Source: Octopus sinensis (Eukaryota). Taken from it: a stretch of 64,000 bases of DNA. Location: contig NC_042999.1 in the NCBI RefSeq assembly GCF_006345805.1, forward strand, positions 144,026,001 through 144,090,000. Direction: 5' to 3'. The notes beneath the pieces are model-generated. The model ran no database searches. It saw only the letters and a program-made list of their open reading frames with translations, and was not told where the DNA came from. Positions 1-13,519 of this stretch are shown piece by piece. The position numbers and the translations under genes were made by a program. How positions within the stretch are numbered: position 1 is the stretch's first letter; the number at the start of each line of letters is the position of its first letter.

Positions 1-229
1 CTTTTGAAAGCGTCGAATATGTATCGTATCATACAGACAAGAAACTAGTATAACTGTGAAAGCAACAGAAGGATTGAATACTTTACCCCTATATGAAGAA
101 AAAATACCCAATCTACCTGCTGTTTTCACGGCTATTCTGTGTTTGAAATATCACTTTTCTGTCTGTATGATATATATATATACAAAGGGCTTCTTTCAAT
201 TTCCGTTTATGATTTTATTGAATCGATCG

Positions 230-790
230 TCAATATAGTTTCCATGATATTCCATATACTCGTAAGCTTTTTAATCCCATTAGTGAAAAACACTTTCGGT
301 TTCAAAGAGAAGCACTCTGGAAGTCAGTTGTTCGAGAGGTAATCCATTCAAGTGATTCTGTAAACTACGGAACAAATGGTAATCTGAAGGAGTAAGATCT
401 GGGGAATAAGGCAGATGAGCACTGTTTCCCAGCTAAGTTTCTCAATCTTCTGTGGCGTGATATTTGCAGAGTGGAGCCTTGCATTGTCCTGATAAATCAT
501 CACTCTCTTTCGATTCACTAAAGCAGGCCTATTTTACTTCAAAGCAGCGTTCAAACGCTCTAATTGCTGACAGTAGATTTGAACATTTATCAGTTGGTAG
601 CAACTCAAGTGCATCAGTTGGTAACAACTGAAAGTGAATGACACCTTTGCAATCCCATCAAAAACAGAGAGAATAACATTCTTCGCATGGAACTCATTTT
701 TTCGGCAGCGGTTGGGCTCTTCAAGACAATGTCTACGACGCTGTGAATTTTTAATAAAAATGCGAAGGTGGTTTATCAATTCAAAAATCG
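230..790 (-). mobile_element. Degenerate mariner transposase remnant (catalytic half)
   Basis: Minus-strand frames give QIYCQQLERLNAALK*NRPALVNRK..QDNARLHSANITPQKIEKLSWETV and a frameshifted YSPDL.PSDYHLF; several stops and frameshifts. Confidence 0.75.
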
Positions 791-799
791 ATATCCACG

Positions 800-1265
800 A
801 AATAGTCATACTTTCAGACTTTTTAATGCTAAAATCCTTCCTGATGACCGTCTTTGCAATCCCGAAATACATCGTAACCATTGGTCCAGCCGTCTGGCCG
901 TGAAGAGGGAATAGACAAAGAGATGGACAGACGGATATAACGCCCATTCTAGAAAGATAGCAAATCTGCCCTTCTACGATGGGAAATATAGGTATAGTAT
1001 CGCAAATCTAAACCCCCTAAATTCACGGACCATACGGGGGCGAAATCCCACCGGAATTTTAACAAAAAAATCAAAGGTGATTTATTAATACAAAACTCAA
1101 TATCCACTAGATAGTCATATTGTTTCACATTTTTTCGCTAAAAACCTTCCCGATTACCTCCTTCGTAATCCCGAAAAACATCGTGACCATTGGCCCAGCT
1201 GTTTGACCGTGAAGAGGGAACAGACGGGCAGACGGACAGACAGACGGACATGATGCCCATTATAT
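800..1265 (+). mobile_element. Helentron-associated (DINE-1/HINE-like) non-autonomous element remnants, two partial similar units
   Basis: About 110-bp units at ~855-950 and ~1165-1262 (aatcccgaaa.acatcgt.accattgg.ccagc.gt.tg.ccgtgaagaggga) ending in GACAGACGGACA-type repeats. Family assignment is by resemblance only. Confidence 0.5.
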
Positions 1266-2239
1266 TAAGACGTGCCTCAAAGGCTCCTTAGACACTTCCA
1301 TATTTGAAGAGCTATAATTAGTGAAATTTCAGTTCAATTAATTTAATTAGTTTGAATATCTCCAAATGCATATATTACTTGAATGTCTAAGACATTCTAA
1401 AATACTGTTAAAGCGTTTGCAAATTGAAGATATAGAAGTCAGGATATTACTTATGGCATAACCTAATATATAATTATGCTGTAACAACGAACAGACTACA
1501 CATCAGAACATTCCATGGGAGGTCAAACACCATACTCTGCTACAAAATAACAAATAGTTTCATTATATAGACACAGACAATTGATGTATTTACCAGACGT
1601 CAGTCTTTATAAGTACTAGAATCACCGTATATGGAGTGCGTCTAGAGAACGAGGATAAAGAGATGAATTAAAATTCAGGAGTTGTCCTAATTAACGGGAT
1701 CTGTTACCAAAAGTGTTCCAGTCGAAACAATCCCATATCTTAGGCGTTGTGTATCTATACTATATTATCTAATGTAGAGTTAGATATTTTTAAGACAGTA
1801 AGTTGCAATTTCACGGAATTTAGCTGCTATTTCAAGTAGGTAAAGCTACGAAATAAAATCACCCTTGTTGGGCAAAGTTGTTTATACGTTAAAATTATAT
1901 GGGTAAATAATGGTCGAGCGATTTGATAAAGAAAGAAACATTAATGATAATATAGGTTAGTGTTTGAAGGTGTCAAAAATAGAGATTTCATTTTCTGAGA
2001 GATTATTCAACACTCAAGGGTAACAAGGAGTTATTTCGATTTAAAAATCAATGATTAAATAAATACCAAGTCCCAATCTCTCTCTAATTCTGAGTTCAGC
2101 TAAGTACCGTTGCTAAAAACAACTTTATACAATGCGCCTTAACAATTATAGCAGATGGAGAAAAAATTATATTTTATTACTCGAACGGCTTAAATAGAAT
2201 AGTGTCAAATTTCCGATTTTGTTGGCAGAAGAAATAATT

Positions 2240-2720
2240 GCTTTGTACAACAGTTTATCATCACCGTACATCATCATCATCATCATCATCGGCACTTTTA
2301 TTATCCCCACCACCGTCATCAGAATCGTCATCACCAGCAGCAGCAGTATCATCGACGTCGTCATCATCATCTCCCTCGTTATCGTGAACATTATTACTAT
2401 CTCCATCGTCTCCATCTTCATCATTATCATCAGCATCATCTTTATCTTCAATGATCATCTGCACAATTTCACCATCATTGCCTTCAAAGAATGTCATCAG
2501 CATTCTCAGTATCACCACTCGCATCATCGAACATAATCGTCATCAAAATAGTTATTACCAGTATCAAAATCTTCGTATCCGTCGATGTCATCATCATCAT
2601 CATCGTCGTTGACGTCGTCGTCGTCGTCGTCGTAGTCGTCATCATTATCATAATCATTCTCATCAAAATCAACACCACTTTCTCCTCCTTTATCATCCTC
2701 ATTACCGTCACCATTATATA
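2240..2720. repeat. Degenerate (CAT/ATC/GTC)n trinucleotide low-complexity tract
   Basis: Direct reading; it produces the spurious poly-I, poly-D and poly-M ORFs. Confidence 0.9.
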
Positions 2721-5029
2721 AATTATATAATTAGATTAAGGTTTTCACCTTGATGCTTCAAGAAATAAGTCCATAGTGGCTAGTATGTGTCTTTGACTGA
2801 CTGTTCGATTAATTTACTTCGGCCCAGATCTTAATTGAATAGGAAATTGCATGTGATTACAATCAGGATAATGTCTCACCTAGAAACAGAGTGAGAGAAA
2901 ACTTTCCCTGAAAGTTCAAGTTAGAGTTGGCATATGCCTTCATCGCCCTTATACTGCCGCATAACGCATTTGACTGGATTGGAACCTCTGTAATTAGTAT
3001 GTTTCATAAGAAGTGTTCTGCAGATGAAGCAGTTCGTTCTATAGCTAAGACCCTCTGCATGGAATCTCGAAGTGCTGTGGTTAATAATATGCAAGCACAC
3101 TGCGACTGCGACAGGACATCTTCAGGGGTTTCCAGGCGCTGTGTATATACGGTGTTTTTGTTGAGCATAACTTTCCGTGGCTTGACTCTTTAACGGAGCT
3201 GTAGTTCCGGGTTGAGCATAGACCAACTTTGGTGTCTGACATCTTGAGTGGTATTTGGCAATCACAGTCATTCTACCAATCGTGCAAAGTAGCCGGCTGA
3301 ATTTGTATTCTTTGCATTCTAAAAGGGTTTATTCGTAAACATGTGTAACTATATAGTAAGCAGATGATCTAGGCTTTCGAAAGAATTTCCCCACTCAGAT
3401 ATAGTATATCTTAGACTATATAGTCTATATCCCATCTGTACTTCATTTTCAAGGGACTGTAATTTGAAGGTGATATTTAATCCCTTTTTTTAGCTTGCCC
3501 ATTAACCGCGAACGAGCTCCCTTGTTGATTCGTGGTAAAGCGAGAATTAAAGGCATTCAAGCCGAAACCGAGAATCGTGTTTTTCAAACATGCTGTGTTT
3601 AGGCCTACATTACACAATGTTTTTATTTCTCTAAGGTGATAAAATATGATATGAGAGAAATGTGACTGTCACTTCTAGTATTTTGAGCAACCTTGTCAAG
3701 ACGATAATCATGAGATGTTAGGTCGTAAAAGTTGTGAAAATATTGTTCTAATAACCTCATTGATTTTAAAGGCATAAATGAAGTTTTTCATTTTTACAGA
3801 AGGCGTGACAATATATATTGTCGTATTCAGTTATATGCTTTTGCATTTTAAGTTCAATTTTCTACTGAGGCAGCCACATTAATATCAGTGTACTGGTTAT
3901 AAGTGAAATGGATACAACCGAAGTTGGTTCACACACACATACGTGTGTGAATGTATGTATGTATGTATGTATGTACGTACGTATGTATGTATGTATGTAT
4001 GTGTGTATGCATGCATGTATGTATGCATGCATGTATGTATGCATGCATGTATAAACACGGTTATTGGGACGAACGGTACAAAATTTCTCAATACCAACTG
4101 TACTAGAATATTTTATTTCAGTCAGTTCACGATATTACCGAACTAAACTTAAAGAATCCTCCTCTCGTGATCACACGATTTCTCAGTCGGCTATAATGGA
4201 ATAAGAACTTTAGAGAATTAAAGGTTATCACAAAATGGTGAAAGAACGAACACATTTCTTTAGTCAGAATGCGTCATACATTGGTATCATATTAAAGGTA
4301 CTAAAAGTACTGAAAATGAGTACTCTGTACTAATAGGAAGAGATAGAGTCCACAGAGAATTGAGTATCAAATAAGATTATTAGATGCACATATGTACGCA
4401 CTATTTTATTGTGTACTTTGATGTACACGCATACACATTCAGTTATCCTCCTGCTTCTCACTAGATCAGTCTTCCCCAACGTTTATTCCACATCCTACTT
4501 CGATTATCCACAAAAACGTACTCTGCACCATAATCGGATAAAACTAGTATAGAGCATTCATATATTCAAAAGAAGTTTTAATTAAATATTATTGGAAGTT
4601 TCATTCACTCGTTACTTACTTAGTGGGAAACTTTCACTTTGCGCTGGCCACAGATTTGTTTGATTTAAGAGACCAATTGCAGCGAATCGATAACAGCACT
4701 AAATCCATCCTGGAATAAATAACACAACTGAAACTATAATTGTGCTTCCCTTACAAAAATAGTCGATTTGGGTATATCTTTTCACTCCCTTCAAAGTTAC
4801 ATCATGATCATAAAATTTGTCAATGAAGACGTCACGAACAAACATCTTGAAATTAGCAACAATGATGTTTTTTCTGTGTCAGTTATCTCACATTTTTTCA
4901 ACTTCTTGACATGTATGGGCATAAATTCAGAAGTATCACAAATCTAAATATGTTTGCTTTTGTATCGATGATACTTTTGTATCACATTGGCTCCTTGGAG
5001 TCGATTGGTTAAAGAACAAAATTTCTTAA

Positions 5030-5330
5030 AATTTTCAATCAAGTACGCTTTGCTATCTGTTGCCAAAACTTGCCGGGAAGGTCAAATACGTCCTTAAATC
5101 TTTTGAAGCAGTTTCTCTTAAAATTTACTTCAGTGTAGAACAATAACTTCATACGTTCTGCATTTTTATCTTCATGAAACTTTTTGAATAGGGCGTTCGC
5201 ACTTGGCATTTGCTTGGATAGAATTGATGCTTTTAATTGCAGAACATGAATCTCAGAAGAAATACTCTTTGCAACCAACATTTCTTGGTGAATAACACAA
5301 TGAACATTTTTCATTAGTTTTAAACATTCT
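5030..5330 (-). mobile_element. hAT (Charlie/Buster-like) transposase fragment
   Basis: HCVIHQEMLVAK (C..H motif) and LLFYTEV, resembling the hAT LLLHTEVRW motif; frameshifted. Confidence 0.7.
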
Positions 5331-5442
5331 GCCTTTTAACTCGTCATGGCAGGTGCACCATTGCTTCCTTTCGGTATTTCATTTTCCTCAAATTGACAGG
5401 AAAATATGTGTACATACAAACATACATACATACATACATACA

Positions 5443-5473
<31 letters not shown>

Positions 5474-5939
5474 TCAAGAGACTTCAATTCCTGCTACCTC
5501 CGGCCCGGGGATAGAGTATAAAATAACTTTGCCAAGGTGCTACGCATGCATTAATCGTCACTAATAATGATAGAAATACCTTTTTAAAAATGGTATTCGT
5601 CACCAAAAACAAACAGGTCGAATTAAAATAAAATACATACATAAAGATACTGCCTAGTCCCCCCCCCCACACACACACACTATCTATTTACCACAAATTC
5701 AAAATTAAACGACAACATTAATAGCCGAAAGACTGTAAATAGTATGGTACTAAAATTACAACAATGTTTTTGGTCTACTTCGATTTTTCAAATCAGCCGT
5801 TAAATTATTACCCTGAAAAATCCCCACGTCTCGTTAAACAAAACTATTGCCACGCCACAACGGTAGGGATATACGCCCGACATTCAGAAATAAGGCACTA
5901 CGTATTTAACTATAGATTTAACTATGATGACCGTCCACT

Positions 5940-8030
5940 TGTGACCTAGGAAGACCATTGCTGACCTTTGGGAACATTATGTGCTCTTGGACTAACTTAT
6001 ATTTTGCATTTGCGGCTGTGTTGGTGGCTAATGAGCCCTGCTCTTGACAAGCATACACGACTGCAAACATTGCAGACCAAGCTTTCCCCATTCATTACAC
6101 TAGCAGTGCGCTTTCGAGCAGCACGCTTAAATTCTTCATGAAGAATACGTGCTTTTTCACAGGTGTCGACCCCCTCCTTAACCTGCTTCCTCTATCTGTG
6201 GCAATGACAGGCATTGCTCTCCCAGTCGGTCTCCTGTATATCATAGGCCTTTAATGAGGACTTGACACAGTCCTTAAATCGCAGCCTTGGTTCCTGCCGG
6301 GGTCTCTTTCCACTAAGAAGTTCTCCATATAGCATCCGTTTAGGGATCCTGCTATCCTTCATTCTAATAAAGAGTCCAGTTCAACGTAACCGCTGCTTGT
6401 GCGCCATCGCCTCAATACTCACGATATCAGCTTTCCTCACGATCTGTGTGTCTGGAGTTCTTAAATCCAGCCAACATTCAGAATGTGTCTCCGACATCTC
6501 TGATGTAAGCGTTCAAGGACCTTTACATGACGTTTGTAAAGGGTCCATGTCTCATATGAGTAAAGGAGCGATGTCAGTACACATGCATGGAGTAGACGGA
6601 TAATTTGTCGAGAGAAGGTTGGCTGACAGACAATTGGCCGACAGACAACTTACAGACAGGACAATTGACCGATTGGTTTTATCAATAATATTGGCGTACC
6701 CTTTGAATAGAAGCTTTCTGCCTCCTCGTTCCGTTCTGATGAACTTCATGGTTGATACTTCCGCATGTCGACTTATTGTCCAATCAGCGAACTGTCTGTC
6801 AATGAATTGTCTCTCTACGAATTGTCTGCACACGTAAGCACGGTGCACAACAATTTTTGCTTGCCTTGTGATGCCATACTGAGACCAGACACGAGACTCA
6901 AGAGACCGGAAGGAATCAGTTGCTCTCTGCAGCCTGAAAGATATTTCATTATTCAAGGAGCAAGAACGGCTGAGTGTGCTGCTCAGGTAGACAAACTTGT
7001 CTACCACTTTCAGTATTTTTCCTTCAACCAAGATAGCTGGTTCTACATATGGATTTCCTGGTGCAGGCTGAAACATCACAAGTCTTTTCTTGGCCAATGG
7101 TGAGCTCAAATGCTTTGCAAGAAGCAGAAATACGATTCATAAGTATAATTTGCCAAGTATTTTCCATAGCAAGGCTCTGTTCACAGTATCAAAGACCTTG
7201 GTTAAATCAATGAATACCTGGACAAGATCCTAGAGAGTTCCATGTTTGCGAGTCTGCTCCAACCATGGAATTCAAATTCCCCAGTAGAATGACTTTATCA
7301 GAATTGGGGATTTTCTTAAGTATGACTCTCAGCTGGGTATAAAAATAGCTTTATCTTCATTACAACTAGCCAGAATAGGCACTCGTTAGAGTAGCAAACC
7401 ACTCAACTTTCAGGTGCAATCGTAGAATCATTAAACGTTCATTTATAGGAACAGGAAGCTCCTCCATCTTCTTAAGGATGTTAGATCGGACTGCAAAGCC
7501 AACACCAACCTTCAGTTTACCTTTCAAAAAAAAGGTGTATCCACCTCCTACTTTCTCAAGCTAACCACCACCTTCGAGTTAGCTATATCAATGTTATAGC
7601 GGTTTAGCTCGCGAGCAACAAGTGCAGTGAGTCTTTGAGGCCTACAATCACACTTGTTATCCAACAGAGTACACACATTCCAACATGAAATGTTCAAGTT
7701 CCATCCAGATTTTGTAAAAAAAAAATGTTTCTTTGCTTTTCGAGCGCAGGGTGGACATCCGTCAGGAGCGCTAAACTGACCAGATATAGAAAGACAGGCA
7801 GTTTTTTTTTTTTTTTGTTCTCCTTTTCTAGAACCTCCGGGTGAGCAGTGCCTTCTCCAACCGAAGCAGCTCAGACTCCCATGCACCAACTGAATCCTAT
7901 CGCTGTCTTGAGTGACAAGGAGACGACTTTATATCTAGCATGGGACGCCTACGTGCAGGTCACTGACTACATGCTTCTAACCCATCAGGTCTGCATATTT
8001 CACCACCTTCACCACCGCAGGACTTCTGAA
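5940..8030 (-). mobile_element. Internally deleted RTE-clade (BovB-like) LINE
   Basis: APE N-terminus LNISCWNVCTLLD..RPQRLTALVARELNRYNIDIA and GGGYTFF.KG; RT pieces FDTVNRALLWKILGK and VDKFVYLSSTLSRSCSLNNEISFRL; C-terminal RIPKRMLYGELLSGKRP. Confidence 0.85.
6597..6828. mobile_element. About 230-bp fold-back MITE with 15-bp subterminal repeats, inserted in the RTE LINE
   Basis: Imperfect terminal inverted repeats (CGGATAATTTGTCGAGAG vs reverse complement CAGACAATTCGTAGAGAG, 14/18). Repeated GACAATTxGCCGACA-like units lie in both arms. It splits the LINE reading frame between RAYV and LLHAC. Confidence 0.65.
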
Positions 8031-8293
8031 TAAAAAATAAAATAAATATATACTAAAATTAAATAAATATATTCTAAAAATAAAGATACATATTTACTGA
8101 AAATAAGATAATTATATATATAGGAAAAAAATTTAACCATAAATACATGCATACATATACATACAAACATGTGTGTGTGTGTGTTCGTGTTTGCGTGCGT
8201 GTGTGTGTGTGTGTGTGTGTGCGTGTGTGCGTGTGTGTGTGTGTGCGCGTGTGTGCGTGTGTGTGTGTGTGTGATATGTATATACTATAATTA

Positions 8294-9280
8294 CGAGGGA
8301 CGTTCAATAAGTAATGCCTCTGAGCCACTTCCAGGTGTTTGATCTAGTTGAAATTTTGCATGTGCAATTACTTATATCTCTATAGATTAGGTGGCAAATT
8401 ACAGCTCTGAACTAATTATGGTTTCTGATTTACAGGTGTTTGAACTGAGTCAAGTGTGAAATGGAGCCTGTTGAGTGTCGAGCAGTGATCCGGTTTTTGT
8501 ATTTGAAAGGACGCACACCATGGGAGACTTTTGATGAAATGAAAGTAACTTATGGTGATGATGCCCCATCATATGACCTTGTAAAACGCTGGCATCGTGA
8601 ATTCAAACATGGTCGGAACTCTGTGGAAACAGCTCCCAGATCTGGTCGACCCCCTTCTGCCATTGATGAGGCATCTGTCCGTCAAGTTGAGGCTGCCATT
8701 TTGGAAGATCGACGCATAACTATTCGCCAAATAGCCCATGAGGTCAAGATTAGTACCGGGTCTGTGGAAACTATCATTCATGACCATTTGCATATGCAAT
8801 GGGTACCACAATTACAGGAGCCTATTATGCTTCACTTTTGAGGAAATTAAGAGAAGCTATCAAAATCAAGAAGCGGGGCAAGATCAGCGAAGGCATCCTC
8901 CTCCTGCAGGACAACGCTCCGGTCCACAACTCGCTTGTCGCCAGATCAGAAGCACAGGCGTGCGGCTATGAACTCCTCCCCCACCTCCCTACTCTCCTGA
9001 CCTTACACCCTCTGATTTTCACCTCTTCCCAGCCATGAAGTTGTTTTTGAAAGGAAAGCATTTCCCAGATGATGCAGCCTTGATTTCTAAAGTCACGTCG
9101 TGGTTGGAAGACCAAGCTGGGGTCTTTTACAAAAACGGTCTCCAGAGCTGGATCAAGCGATGCGTAAATGCGTAACTCTGAGTGGTTCCTATGTAGAAAA
9201 AGACCAATAACTGTGCCAAGTTCCGTTGCTCTACTGGTATGGGAAGTGGGTCAGGGGCATTACTTATTGAACGCCCCTCG
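8294..9280 (+). mobile_element. Mariner (D,D34D) element, internally deleted, both TIRs intact
   Basis: TA|CGAGGGACGTTCAATAAGTAATGCC ... GGCATTACTTATTGAACGCCCCTCG|TA. Transposase starts MEPVECRAVIRFLYLKG at 8461; about 304 bp including the first catalytic Asp are missing relative to the 37-kb copy. Confidence 0.95.
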
Positions 9281-10108
9281 TATATGCATACCGATAAGTG
9301 TGATTACGTGCTTACCGCATTCATTTTCTTGGAAACGAACTGTTGAAGCATACATTTTTTTCGGTAACATATCAATGTACACTGACAAACTTAAATTACT
9401 TTAGTACTATTTATTCCAATACCTTCTACCCATCTAGGTAAAACCTGGTGGACTAGCGTATGTATCACATATTTATCGCTTATTGTATTACGTATTATAA
9501 AGTTTGCTTCCTGATCTTTCTTAAATTAGTATTGTTCAAATATTTCAGTAACATCGTACGAAGAGCTGATGCTTTTTCTGTGTGTTGGACATTAATAAAA
9601 GTAGTCCCATCTGGTAAAAGGAAATAAGGGAGATGTTTTGGGAAAATGGAAAGTTAGTTACAAAAAAAAACAAAAAAAGAAAAAAAAAGCAGGAACAAAC
9701 ATTTACATACTTGATTTGAAATATGAAAGAAACGAGTACGCCGTGGTGTCCAGCCGGAAACATTGTTATTCTGGTATTAAGTTAGGAATTGCATTGTTCT
9801 TTGAATTTGTTGAATTTGGTTCAATACCGTTTTAATAAGAAATCTTGTTAACTTGTAATATGGTGATATATTTTATGAGGTTGAATGCTTTGTATATTGA
9901 ATCTTGGCTATGTTTGTAGCTTTTGTGTCTTTCTTTTACTTCATATAGATTTTTATATGCACACACGTGCTCTCTCATACGCGTTTATGAACTCTCATAC
10001 ACACTCTCACATGCTCACATGAATACAAACATACATATATATTCCTAATAACTTATAGACGTCATGTCGCGCCACATTACGGTATCGTTTTGTTTTTTGT
10101 TTCTGTAG

Positions 10109-10229
10109 TTAAGAATGTGGGCCCAGCGAGAGAAGATAAACCAGACGAATTATGCCTTGAAGTTCGCAGAACGATGTTATGCATTTTTCACAGAATATTT
10201 CAATATATCTGATATTCTCAACAAATCAG
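10109..10229 (+). CDS. M1-family aminopeptidase (APN/APA-like), internal exon A (121 nt, phase 0 to 1)
   Basis: Polypyrimidine tract and ttctgtag acceptor, ending TCAG|gtaatc. Encodes LRMWAQREKINQTNYALKFAERCYAFFTEYFNISDILNKS, matching the M1 segment before the GAMEN exon. The final G joins AT at 30355 to give Asp. Confidence 0.88.
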
Positions 10230-10846
10230 GTAATCGATTGTCTTCATTGTCCTTCTTTACAATAATAGCAATAATGATTAATACCAATAATTTGTCTTTT
10301 CATTCAGGTTACAATTTTAATTATTGAAATTCGTCAGGAAATTTTATCATTTTAGAAGTAGACTTGCTAGAAGAAATATGTTGGTTCCATCTTTACTATT
10401 TGAATTGCCATTTGTCTCAATGTACACTTATCACTCCCTACCACTAACAGACTGTATGTTAATCCATGAGTGTATCATTTTGTCTGCCATGGATAAGTTT
10501 TTATATTCTGTTTATCTGTGTCTCATTTTTCACATGCATTTCCAAAACTTTCTCTTTCCTTCCTCTCTCTCTCTCTACCTCACATATTCTCTCTCCTTCT
10601 TTCCCTCTCCCCTCCGACGCACACACACTAACACACACACTCACATACCACACACACTCACATACCACACACACACACATATGCACGTATGCATGTATGT
10701 ATGTATGTATGTATGTATGTATGTATGTATGTATGTATGTATGTATGTATATACGTATGTATGCATGCATGTACGTATGTATGTGTGTGTGTGTGTATGT
10801 ATGTACGCATGCATGTACGTATGTATGTATGTGTGTGTATGTATGC

Positions 10847-10896
<50 letters not shown>

Positions 10897-11429
10897 TGTA
10901 TGTATGTGCTATTGAAATGCCTGTCAAAATGAGAATCTTTTGGGTTCTCCTTTCAGCAATTCTTAATATTTTTATTCCAAGCCATGTTTCATTTTAGTCT
11001 TTTTTCAGTTGTTCATATTTTACCTCGCTTCTTTTTTCGTGAGTTTCATATTTTACCTTGCTTCTTTTTTCTTGAGTTTCTTGTTAATGTTTTGCAGTAC
11101 TTTCATTAGTTGCTGGATATTTGAAAAGTCGTCTCTTCACTTTCTTACTCATATGCTCAGATTCCCTTACTCACATTCATTACTCTCAATGACTGACACA
11201 TAGTTCATAATTCGGTCTTTTTTTTTATAGTTTTCTCGGTTTTCCCTCTCAGTGAAAATTCAGTTTTACCTCTTGGCTTCTTTTCCAAACGTCTTCTCCA
11301 TACTTATTTCAATATTATATAAGGTATTTTCTGAAGGTCTCCCTCTCTCTCTCTCTCTCTCTCTCAGTATCACCCCTTCCTCTCCTCTCTCACATACATA
11401 CACACACACACACGCACACACACACACAC

Positions 11430-11527
11430 AAGAAGAAGAAGAAGAAGAAGAAGAAGAAGAAGAAGAAGAAGAAGAAGAAGAAGAAGAAGAAGAAGAAGAA
11501 GAAGAAGAAGAAGAAGAAGAAGAAGAA
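11430..11527. repeat. (AAG)n microsatellite
   Basis: Direct reading; source of the poly-E ORF. Confidence 0.98.
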
Positions 11528-11529
11528 AA

Positions 11530-12000
11530 TATTTGTCAACATGACACATATGGATGCAAATATCAACTCCTAAGTAATTGCAAGATCCTTCAAAACTGTC
11601 ATAACAAGCGCAGAAATCTCAGTTCCACAATTTGCTAAATATCTTGAAACAACTAACGACTAGATGCAAAAATTCTTTGAATGCCACGAGAGGCGTAAGA
11701 AAAGATAGATAAATACAACTGTCATAACAAGCGCAGAAATCTCAGTTCCACAATTTGCTAAATATCTTGAAACAACTAACGACTAGATGCAAAAATTCTT
11801 TGAATGCCACGAGAGGCGTAAGAAAAGATAGATAAATACAACCCTTTTAAGTATGAAATAGCCCAGCTATGGAAAATGAAGAACGTGAAGATAGTGCCAA
11901 TTATTGTTGGGTCCTTGGAGACAGTATCGGAAGGCATCAAGGGGAATATAAAGGAAATCGAAACAGAGTGCCCTGTAGAACTGTTATAAACGGTTCGCCT
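11530..12000 (+). mobile_element. 3' fragment of an REL-endonuclease (Dong/R4-like) LINE
   Basis: KIDKYNP..YEIA.LWKMKNVKIVPIIVGSLGTVSEGIK is a typical restriction-enzyme-like endonuclease C-terminus. Confidence 0.6.
11594..11839 (+). repeat. Perfect 2 x 123-bp tandem duplication
   Basis: aactgtcataacaagcgcag...gatagataaatac starts at 11594 and again at 11717; 'aac' recurs at 11840. Confidence 0.95.
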
Positions 12001-12971
12001 CCTTGACTCGTATGGAAGGTGGTAGAGGCCTTATACAGCTAGAAAACTATTACAAAATAACCACCATAGGACTACAGAAATACCTAGTTGAGAAGCAAGG
12101 AATACTAATACAAATAGCCACAAAACACGAACAAAAAAGAAACTGTTTTCAGTCTTTATGGAAGCTGACAAATACGAAAAAAAAAGTCATAATACTTAAC
12201 AACTATAAAGAGAAAGAAGAAACAACGTAAGCTGTAAAACAACTGAAATCCAAACTAAAACTGGAACAGCAACGGATTGTGATAAAACTATGGCAAGAAA
12301 AGCCCCTTTATAGTTAAATTAAACACAAAAGAAAATAGACAAAGCAAAATTCCAACAATGGCTGAGAAGCCCAGAACTCAAAGCAGAGACTGAAGGATTT
12401 TTAGTTACAGCACAGATCAAAGCCTTCCCACCAGAAAGCATCAAAAACACGTAATGCAAAGAAATACAACTGTAGAATATGTGGTGATAGAAAAGAAACA
12501 ATAAATCATGTTTTCTCTAGCTGCCCAGTCCTGGCTAAGAAGGAATATATTCACAGACATGACAAAGTTGGGACCCATATACACTGGAAGCTATACCAAC
12601 ACTATGGAATGACAACAGAGAATAGATGTATTAGGCACACCCCAGAAAAGGTCACAGGGAACGAGAAAGCAACCATACTGGGATGTGCCAATACACACAG
12701 ATAGAGAAATTAAGGCCAATAGGCCTGAGGTAGTTGTCAGAGATCACCAAGAAAAAAGTGCTTTCAAATCCATATATTAATACTGACAGATGACAAAGTC
12801 CCTCTACAAGAAACAGAGAAACTTTTAAAATACAAAGATGTGGAAATAGAGGCAGCTTGAGTGTAGAGTCTAGAAACAGAAACAATTCCTATCATAGTAG
12901 GCACATTAGGCTCGGTAGCGTAGTGAAAGCACGTGATAAAAATAAGACGACTAAATAATAATAATAATAAT

Positions 12972-13023
<52 letters not shown>

Positions 13024-13053
13024 CAACAACAATAATAATAATAATATAATAAT

Positions 13054-13104
<51 letters not shown>

Positions 13105-13125
13105 AATAATAATAATAATAATAAT
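12001..13125 (+). mobile_element. 5'-truncated Dong/R4-like LINE with (AAT)/(AAC)n tail
   Basis: GGRGLIQLE, WLRSPELKAETEGFL.TAQDQ, CCHC (CRICG..ETINHV.SSC), REL motifs (ANRP.VV, KYKD.EIE, IPII.G.LG); tail at ~12955-13125. Confidence 0.85.
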
Positions 13126-13330
13126 CTTTTCTACTCTAGGCACAAGGCTCGAAATTTTGGGGGAGGGGGACAGTCGATTAGATCGATCCCTGTACGTAAC
13201 TGGTACTCAATTTATTGACCCTGAAAGGATGAAAGGCAAAGTAGACCTCGGCGGAATTTGAACTCAAAACGTAAAGACATGAAATACCGCTAAGCAGTTG
13301 GCCCGACGTTGTAACGTTTCTGTCAGCTCA
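13126..13330 (-). mobile_element. tRNA-derived SINE (family 1)
   Basis: Reverse complement of the family seen at 50711 (gcaaagtagacctcggcggaatttgaactc, B-box-like GAGTTCAAATTC). Confidence 0.8.
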
Positions 13331-13519
13331 GGAAAGTATTAGATAGCTGAAGAGAATGAATAGCATGGTACCGTAGGGTGCAGGTAGTAAGCCCGCTACT
13401 CATGCAAGACCCCGGGAGCTCCTGCAAAATCTGTGATAAAGAAGAAGAAGAAGAAAAAGAAGAAGAAGAAGAGAAGGGTAGTAGGAGGAAGAGGAGGAGG
13501 AGGAGGAGGATGGGCAGGG

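Noticed and set aside
832-885. CTGATGA...GAAA at 841-870 resembling a hammerhead
   Set aside because: No stem II pairing, no U16.1 and no stem I; it lies inside a Helentron-like unit.
7800-8030. Possible HDV-like ribozyme in the RTE 5' UTR
   Set aside because: RTE elements can carry one, but I could not fold a nested double pseudoknot by eye; a descriptor-based search would be needed.
11594-11839. CRISPR-like or other prokaryotic repeat systems
   Set aside because: The window is eukaryotic intron DNA, with no repeat-spacer array, cas genes, operons or rRNA.
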